48,357 nt of DNA, from positions 1 to 48,357 of the forward strand of contig CAMZJD010000001.1 in NCBI GenBank assembly GCA_947307445.1, read 5' to 3'. The translations under genes were made by a program, and so were the position numbers. Positions 44,136 to 48,357 of the stretch are shown here, one piece after another. Each line of letters begins with the position of its first letter. Position 1 is the first letter of the stretch. Below the pieces are notes generated by a model. That model was not told where the DNA came from. It saw nothing but the letters and a program-made list of their open reading frames with translations, and searched no databases. The stretch comes from an uncultured Candidatus Saccharibacteria bacterium. GTDB taxonomy: Bacteria; Patescibacteriota; Saccharimonadia; Saccharimonadales; Saccharimonadaceae.

Positions 44136-45885
44136 TGAGCTCCTCCTTTGATAACTGTGAGAGCGCAATTTCGCGGTATATTTCACATTCTTTCATTAAT
44201 TCCTTATGCGTGCCATGGCCAACGCAAATACCTTTATCGAGCACAATAATTTGATCGGCATTCATAATGGTACCGATGCGTTGTGCCACAATTAGGCTAG
44301 TGGCGTCTTTGGTATATTCCTTCAACGCGGAGCGCAAAGCGGCATCGGTTTTATAGTCTAGCGCCGAGAAAGAATCATCGAATATGTATATTTCTGGATT
44401 TCTTGCGATAGCACGCGCAATTGCTACACGCTGCTTCTGGCCACCAGATAAATTTGTGCCCGATTGTGCCACGTGAGCGTTGTATTGTTTGTCTAACTTT
44501 TCGATAAAGTTTTTCGCCTGGGCGACTTTAGCTGCGGTTTGGATTTGACGTTCACTCGGCTTGCCGTTGCCGCTATCGCCATATGAAATATTGCTTGCAA
44601 TCGAGCCGCTAAAAATGACTGCCCGCTGTGGGATATATCCAAGTTTGCGACGAAGTGCCTTTTGCTTGTAATCTTTTACGTTCACGCCGTCAACGAAGAT
44701 TTCGCCGTCCGTTGCATCGTAAAAACGTGGCACGAGGTTTATTAAAGTAGATTTACCCGAGCCAGTGGAACCAATAAATGCCACAGTCTGGCCTTTTTCG
44801 GCCTTAAATGAGATGTTGCGCAGTAAATATTCTTCTGCGTCAGGATACTTAAATGAAACATTACGAAATTCAACGGTACCTTTTTCGGCCGTCTCATCAT
44901 CGAAGTCACCATCTTTAATTGTGATTTCTTGTTCCAGCACCTCATTAATACGATCGGCCGAGACTTGCGCACGCGGAATCATAGACAAAATGACTGCCAC
45001 CATTAAGAAGCTCATAATGACGTGAATGGCGTAAGAAGAAAAGACCACCATGTCGCTAAAGACAGTGAGCTTATTTGCCATCGTAGAGTTGCTAATTAGG
45101 TATGCACCAATAATGTAAATCGTCAAAGTTATACCATTCATTACTAGATAAATTGTTGGCCCCACTACGCTCATCACGCGGTCGACGAAGCGGTTGATGT
45201 CGGCGAGCTCAGTGTTGCTCTTATCAAACTTATGCTCCTGATATTTTTCGGCGTTAAAAGCGCGCACTACGCGGATACCATTCAGATTTTCGCGAGTAAT
45301 ACCGTTTAGGCGGTCTGTTAATTTTTGGATTATTTTGAAGCGCGGAATTACAAGCATCATAGTCGTAATCACGACGGCAAGTAAGATGACTACCGCCATG
45401 CCAGTCGCAGTACTCCATTCCCAACTTTTGCCATGGATTTTTACGATAGCCCATACTGCGCTCATCGGCGCCCGTACAAGCATGTTTGCGCCCATCGTAA
45501 TCAGCATGCGAGCCTGCGTAATATCGTTCGTGGTGCGCGTAATTAGGGAAGAAGTCGAAAATTTTTTAACTTCATTAAGGCTAAGAGTCTCAACTTTGTC
45601 GAAAATACGCTTCCGTGTAATATAAGAGAAATCTGCGCCCACGTGCGAGACGAAAAAGCCCGCGATAATTGTTGAGAGCAAGCTGCCAAAGGCGCAAACC
45701 AGCATCATGCCACCATTGCTCAAGATATCTTCCATCGCACTGCCTTCGGTCTGCACGAGCTTCGTGATAGCCGACATATATTCTGGCATCTTTAGCTCAA
45801 GGCCAACTTGGCCGGCAATAAACATAATTGCTAAAGCGATAAATAGATAATCTCTTTTGTATAAATGCGCTAGAAGTTTAAACAT
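44128..45885 (-). CDS. ABC exporter permease/ATPase half-transporter (degenerate Walker B Asp, consensus signature)
   Basis: GSTGSGKST, LSGGQKQR, and IYIFDDSFSALD with D in place of the catalytic E. Confidence 0.9.
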   Translation of the reverse strand: MFKLLAHLYKRDYLFIALAIMFIAGQVGLELKMPEYMSAITKLVQTEGSAMEDILSNGGMMLVCAFGSLLSTIIAGFFVSHVGADFSYITRKRIFDKVETLSLNEVKKFSTSSLITRTTNDITQARMLITMGANMLVRAPMSAVWAIVKIHGKSWEWSTATGMAVVILLAVVITTMMLVIPRFKIIQKLTDRLNGITRENLNGIRVVRAFNAEKYQEHKFDKSNTELADINRFVDRVMSVVGPTIYLVMNGITLTIYIIGAYLISNSTMANKLTVFSDMVVFSSYAIHVIMSFLMVAVILSMIPRAQVSADRINEVLEQEITIKDGDFDDETAEKGTVEFRNVSFKYPDAEEYLLRNISFKAEKGQTVAFIGSTGSGKSTLINLVPRFYDATDGEIFVDGVNVKDYKQKALRRKLGYIPQRAVIFSGSIASNISYGDSGNGKPSERQIQTAAKVAQAKNFIEKLDKQYNAHVAQSGTNLSGGQKQRVAIARAIARNPEIYIFDDSFSALDYKTDAALRSALKEYTKDATSLIVAQRIGTIMNADQIIVLDKGICVGHGTHKELMKECEIYREIALSQLSKEELNV

Positions 45886-45997
45886 TGTTTAGACTTTTTC
45901 TAAAACTCCAATTATTCTGTTTTGTATTTTTCTTTGCCAAATTAAACATCCCGACCCCCGACAGCACATTAACCTATTGCGGTTATTCAGCGTACTT

Positions 45998-46006
45998 ATT
46001 ATAACA
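45998..46006 (-). promoter_or_regulatory. Extended -10 (TGtTATAAT), candidate promoter of the ABC operon
   Basis: Minus strand reads tgttataat, about 110 nt upstream of ATG 45885. Confidence 0.4.
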
Positions 46007-46022
46007 TACTCGGCCATAAAAA

Positions 46023-46045
46023 GGCCTCCGGGGTAATCGGAGGCC
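46023..46045 (-). terminator. Intrinsic terminator for a minus-strand transcript with no CDS
   Basis: ggcctccg/gggtaat/cggaggcc. The A5 on the plus-strand 5' side gives a T-run on the minus strand. Confidence 0.6.
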
Positions 46046-46391
46046 AAGTTAAATTGCTTCGTCCATGAAAGGACCATTCTTGTTCCGTTTGAAAGGATGG
46101 GTGATGGTGGTGAGAGCGTTGGCAACGCTGATGGACGAAGTAATTTTTAAAATAAAAGGAGGTGTCATGCGGTGCTTGAGTGGCTATGGAAAAATCGGGG
46201 CCCAGCAGGGCAATCTCTTTCTTCTAGCCCGCACGGCGGGCAATACGATTCGTTGTTTCTTGGCTCATTCTTTTGCGCGATAGATCGCGCCGAGGTTGTG
46301 ATAAACGGGTATATCGAACAGCCGAAACAAGTAGAAGCATGACACCTCGAAAGAAACCATCCGCCCTAGCATGAGCTAATGGGGCGAATAT
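46023..46391 (-). other. Unclassified hairpin-dense GC-rich non-coding segment (candidate ~370-nt structured RNA)
   Basis: Minus-strand TTGCAA-17-TATGAT (46398-46426) upstream and a terminator at 46023-46045. Perfect hairpins at 46115-46129, 46227-46241 and 46275-46290, plus a long-range pair 46057-46066 / 46131-46140. Confidence 0.3.
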
Positions 46392-46482
46392 GCTTATATC
46401 ATACGGCACACTGGATAAATTTGCAAGCATAAGCGTTATATTTTATAATATTTTTCGGCTGATAATTCGCTATAATATAAAT

Positions 46483-47331
46483 ATGCGTAAAATCATTTCT
46501 TTTGTTATCGCCTCTATCTTGAGTTTCTTGCCTTGTATCAATGTGGCCGCTGCGGGCGATATTGATAATCTTGATCAAGTGACAATGGCGGTAGACAATG
46601 TGCTTTTTATCGGTGATTCATATTGCATGGGGTCGGGCATCGCAGATGGTCCAGCCTCTGGCTGGGCAGAGCTAACCGCTAAAAAGATGAATATCGAGCA
46701 TTATTATCGTAAATGCCAAGGCGGTACAGGCTTTATTCGTAAGTCTGATGACCGCAATTTTGAATCTCTCGTCTCAGAGGCGGCGGTTGAAATTGAGAAT
46801 CCGAGTTCAATTGAATGGATCGTAATAGAGGGCGGTTATAACGATTATCGAGAGAAAGATGAAGATATTCTTCAGGGTGGTCTGGCTCTTATTCAGCAAA
46901 TCCATGTAGTTTTCCCAAATGCGCAAATATTAGTTGGCATGAACGGCTGGAACTCTACCGATCAAAATATTCAGGATCGGCTCGAAAGAGTTTTATTGGC
47001 CGTCCAGCAAATCGCCATTATTTCCAATGTCACCTATATTGATGATGCCGAAAATATACTATACGGGCATCCAGAATATATGACTAATGATCATTTACAC
47101 CCAAATCTCGCTGGCCAAACTGCCATAGCGGAGCACCTAGCCGAGTATTTGCAGGTGCGTGCGAATGCCTATGCTGCCGAAAAATTATTAACAGAGCAAA
47201 ATGCTGGAAAGCCAGTGTACACGAACACTAATTATAGCTTCGCTTTTATTGTTATTTCTCTGTCAATCATCGGTGTGGCTGTTATATTTGTCGTGCGCAG
47301 AGCGATTGCAAGCAAAAAAGCCGAAAAATAG
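46483..47331 (+). CDS. Secreted/anchored SGNH (GDSL) hydrolase
   Basis: ATG 46483 (MRKIISFVIASILSFLPCINVAAAG signal peptide) lies 6 nt after TATAAT (46471-46476). FIGDSY, GGYND, DHLHPN. C-terminal TM plus KK tail. Confidence 0.8.
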   Translation: MRKIISFVIASILSFLPCINVAAAGDIDNLDQVTMAVDNVLFIGDSYCMGSGIADGPASGWAELTAKKMNIEHYYRKCQGGTGFIRKSDDRNFESLVSEAAVEIENPSSIEWIVIEGGYNDYREKDEDILQGGLALIQQIHVVFPNAQILVGMNGWNSTDQNIQDRLERVLLAVQQIAIISNVTYIDDAENILYGHPEYMTNDHLHPNLAGQTAIAEHLAEYLQVRANAYAAEKLLTEQNAGKPVYTNTNYSFAFIVISLSIIGVAVIFVVRRAIASKKAEK

Positions 47332-47350
47332 CCCAGCCTTGCGGCTGGGC
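47331..47350. terminator. Bidirectional terminator hairpin (SGNH gene / orphan E)
   Basis: gcccagcc/ttgc/ggctgggc, with a T-run on the minus-strand side. Confidence 0.7.
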
Positions 47351-47394
47351 TCTAGTCCATAAGCCAGAGAAAGTCAAAATCGTCCCCACGAGCA

Positions 47395-47958
47395 TCACCG
47401 AGGCGTAATTGGCGGTGGCGCTTCATAGCTGAAACCATGCATCCTGCACCAGTTGTCGATTGCGGTTTCGCCAGCTTCGGCGACCTTTTCATCTTCTGCG
47501 GCCGATGCACCGGATACCGAAACGATCAATAAGGCAAAAATGCGATGCTCGTAGTAAAGGGAATAGCAAATTGCTCCGCGATAGGTTGCGAAGCCGTGCT
47601 CCTCGTCGGCGGCCAAATCCCCTAAATCGTAACCCGAACGTTCGCCGAGTCCTAACTCGATGCTTCTAAGGCAAGCCGCCACTTTTAAGGCGGAGAAAGC
47701 GTAACTATCAATTGGCGCGCTGTGCTTGTCGTGGCGGTTTAAGACATAATTGCCGCCCTCCATAATGCGCGCTGTGAGCTCGAAGCGGTCAGCAGAATGG
47801 ACCTCGCTTTCTAAAATATTTGCCGCCCAAGTATTCTGGGGTAAATAAGAAATGCGGATACATCCGTCTCCGCTCTCAAAACCTTCCAATTCCTTTGCTT
47901 TCTGTTGGCAGCTCATGATGATTTCGTCGAATAAACGACCGAAGCTTACTCTATCCAT
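47395..47958 (-). CDS. Possible GlcG/HbpS-like (DUF336) domain protein (cassette E)
   Basis: 187 aa with SD aaagggggg. ARIMEGGNYVLNRHDKHSAPIDSYAFSALKVAA and LLIVSVSGASAAEDEKVAEAG resemble the GlcG-family blocks ..DdGGhLlal.RmD...PI....S..KA.TAA and GAiGVSG....D..vA.Aa (from memory, tentative). Confidence 0.55.
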   Translation of the reverse strand: MDRVSFGRLFDEIIMSCQQKAKELEGFESGDGCIRISYLPQNTWAANILESEVHSADRFELTARIMEGGNYVLNRHDKHSAPIDSYAFSALKVAACLRSIELGLGERSGYDLGDLAADEEHGFATYRGAICYSLYYEHRIFALLIVSVSGASAAEDEKVAEAGETAIDNWCRMHGFSYEAPPPITPR

Positions 47959-48032
47959 TGTAAACTCCCCCCTTTCATATTTTTCTGAGCTGACTAGGTG
48001 TAAAAAAACTTGCGAAAAACGCAGATAATTCT

Positions 48033-48061
48033 ATTATAGCACACTTTAGTCAAAAAGTCAA
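48033..48061 (-). promoter_or_regulatory. Promoter TTGACT-17-TATAAT with TG extension (module copy 2)
   Basis: Minus strand reads ttgactttttgactaaagtgtgctataat, one mismatch to copy 1 across -35 to -10. Confidence 0.7.
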
Positions 48062-48087
48062 GATTAACAGGGGTGCACTGGCACAAA

Positions 48088-48120
48088 AAGGCCTCGCCGG
48101 GTAAGTTTAAGCGAGGCCTT
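48088..48120 (-). terminator. Intrinsic terminator of ORF 48134..48340
   Basis: aaggcctcgc/13-nt loop/gcgaggcctt followed by ttttt on the minus strand. Confidence 0.75.
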
Positions 48121-48133
48121 AGTTGTGTTTGTT

Positions 48134-48340
48134 TTACAAAATATGTAATAGCTCGATTAAGCCAGCAATCGCTTGTTTCTTGCGATGTAATTCTTCGTGC
48201 TTGGCTCTGAGCTCGTCTTTGATATGCTCGGTATCACCACCTTCTTCCAATAAAGCATCTTCAAGCTTGTCGATATCGACAATTATGATATTGCGCTCAG
48301 TGCGCATCGTAGCGAGGCGCTCCTTAATAGTGCTCTTCAT
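48134..48340 (-). CDS. Hypothetical small coiled-coil protein (cassette F)
   Basis: 68 aa, charged helical sequence. The start is near the window edge, so its upstream signals are not visible. Confidence 0.45.
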   Translation of the reverse strand: MKSTIKERLATMRTERNIIIVDIDKLEDALLEEGGDTEHIKDELRAKHEELHRKKQAIAGLIELLHIL

Positions 48341-48357
48341 ATCATCTGGAGATTCAT

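Noticed and set aside
44136-44186. Apparent 59-nt overlap between the two ABC genes, which could suggest a frameshifted fusion
   Set aside because: An internal ATG at 44135 has a perfect AAGGAGGA SD and gives the common ATGTTTAA 8-nt overlap. The longer N-terminus (MKYTAKLRSHSYQRRSS) has no support.
46085-46145. Resemblance to a fluoride (crcB) riboswitch (GGGUGAUGG...CUGAUGG) and to a hammerhead core (CUGAUGG..GAAA)
   Set aside because: The segments that should pair to form the crcB pseudoknot/P1 are not complementary, and no crcB/eriC gene follows. The hammerhead core needs CUGANGA, whereas here the last base is G, and stems I-III cannot be drawn.
46023-46391. tmRNA, RNase P RNA, SRP RNA
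   Set aside because: There is no GGUUCGAAUCC-type T-arm and no terminal CCA context or tag-like reading frame ending in Ala-Ala-stop. The GAGGAAAGUCC (P4) box is absent. There is no GGAA/AGCA SRP domain IV motif and no 5'/3' pairing.
45889-46430. ORFs 45889..46125(-), 46065..46283(+) and 46224..46430(-) as protein genes
   Set aside because: There is no SD or start context at the annotated Met. The translations are Arg/Cys/Trp-rich without domain resemblance, and they overlap each other and the hairpins. Only the internal SD-preceded 38-codon ORF (46167..46283) is kept as a low-probability alternative, within a finding.
48027-48032. Leaderless upstream ORF in the cassette E leader, as seen in cassettes A and C
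   Set aside because: The codon 6 nt after the -10 is ATC, not ATG. The frame stops after 10 codons.
47395-48340. Cassettes F and E as a toxin-antitoxin pair
   Set aside because: A strong terminator and an independent promoter separate the two genes, and neither shows toxin or antitoxin motifs I recognise.
7594-48340. The GC-rich orphan cassettes as integron cassettes, IS elements or a prophage
   Set aside because: I found no integrase, transposase or phage genes, no attC-like imperfect palindromes and no terminal inverted or flanking direct repeats. Each cassette carries its own promoter, unlike integron cassettes. Foreign origin remains only a compositional suspicion.
1-48357. CRISPR arrays, rRNA and tRNA genes, alternative genetic code
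   Set aside because: There are no regularly spaced direct repeats. No intergenic segment has cloverleaf potential or rRNA-like conservation. All recognisable genes are intact with TGA, TAA and TAG as stops, so the standard code fits.

Overview
48.4-kb chromosomal segment, almost entirely coding, read with the standard genetic code. The backbone is housekeeping genes of a small-genome, apparently monoderm bacterium: rpmE, serS, hpf, secA, dnaK (with twin CIRCE operators), rmuC, lepB, htrA, rpsB-tsf, an aquaporin, pheST, an FKBP PPIase, sbcB, an OatA-like acyltransferase, pta, murD, a GT+GH57 alpha-glucan pair and a heterodimeric ABC exporter. A Patescibacteria/Saccharibacteria-like origin is my guess only. 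I saw no rRNA, tRNA, CRISPR array, transposase or integrase. Six things stand out. (1) Three tandem paralogous membrane-anchored proteins (633-7189) combine Pro/Ala-rich N-tails with WG-like beta-repeat ectodomains. (2) Six GC-richer stand-alone ORFs, each with its own promoter (promoter of the sixth off-window), Shine-Dalgarno (SD) site and terminator, are scattered between housekeeping genes. Three of them share a near-identical promoter module, and two or three carry possible leaderless upstream ORFs. (3) A 145-aa mini-NrdD keeps only an ATP-cone-like N-terminus and the class III RNR glycyl-radical loop, and sits behind two NrdR-type boxes. (4) A ~600-nt hairpin-dense non-coding gap (45886-46482) has promoter and terminator signals for a ~370-nt minus-strand RNA that I could not classify. 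(5) Many host genes appear leaderless, with a -10 box 6-7 nt before the ATG. (6) Lys/Ala-rich tails are fused to L31, SecA and an aquaporin, and a 35-aa bL28-like ORF follows rpmE. All homology calls come from motif recognition by eye, and no searches were run.
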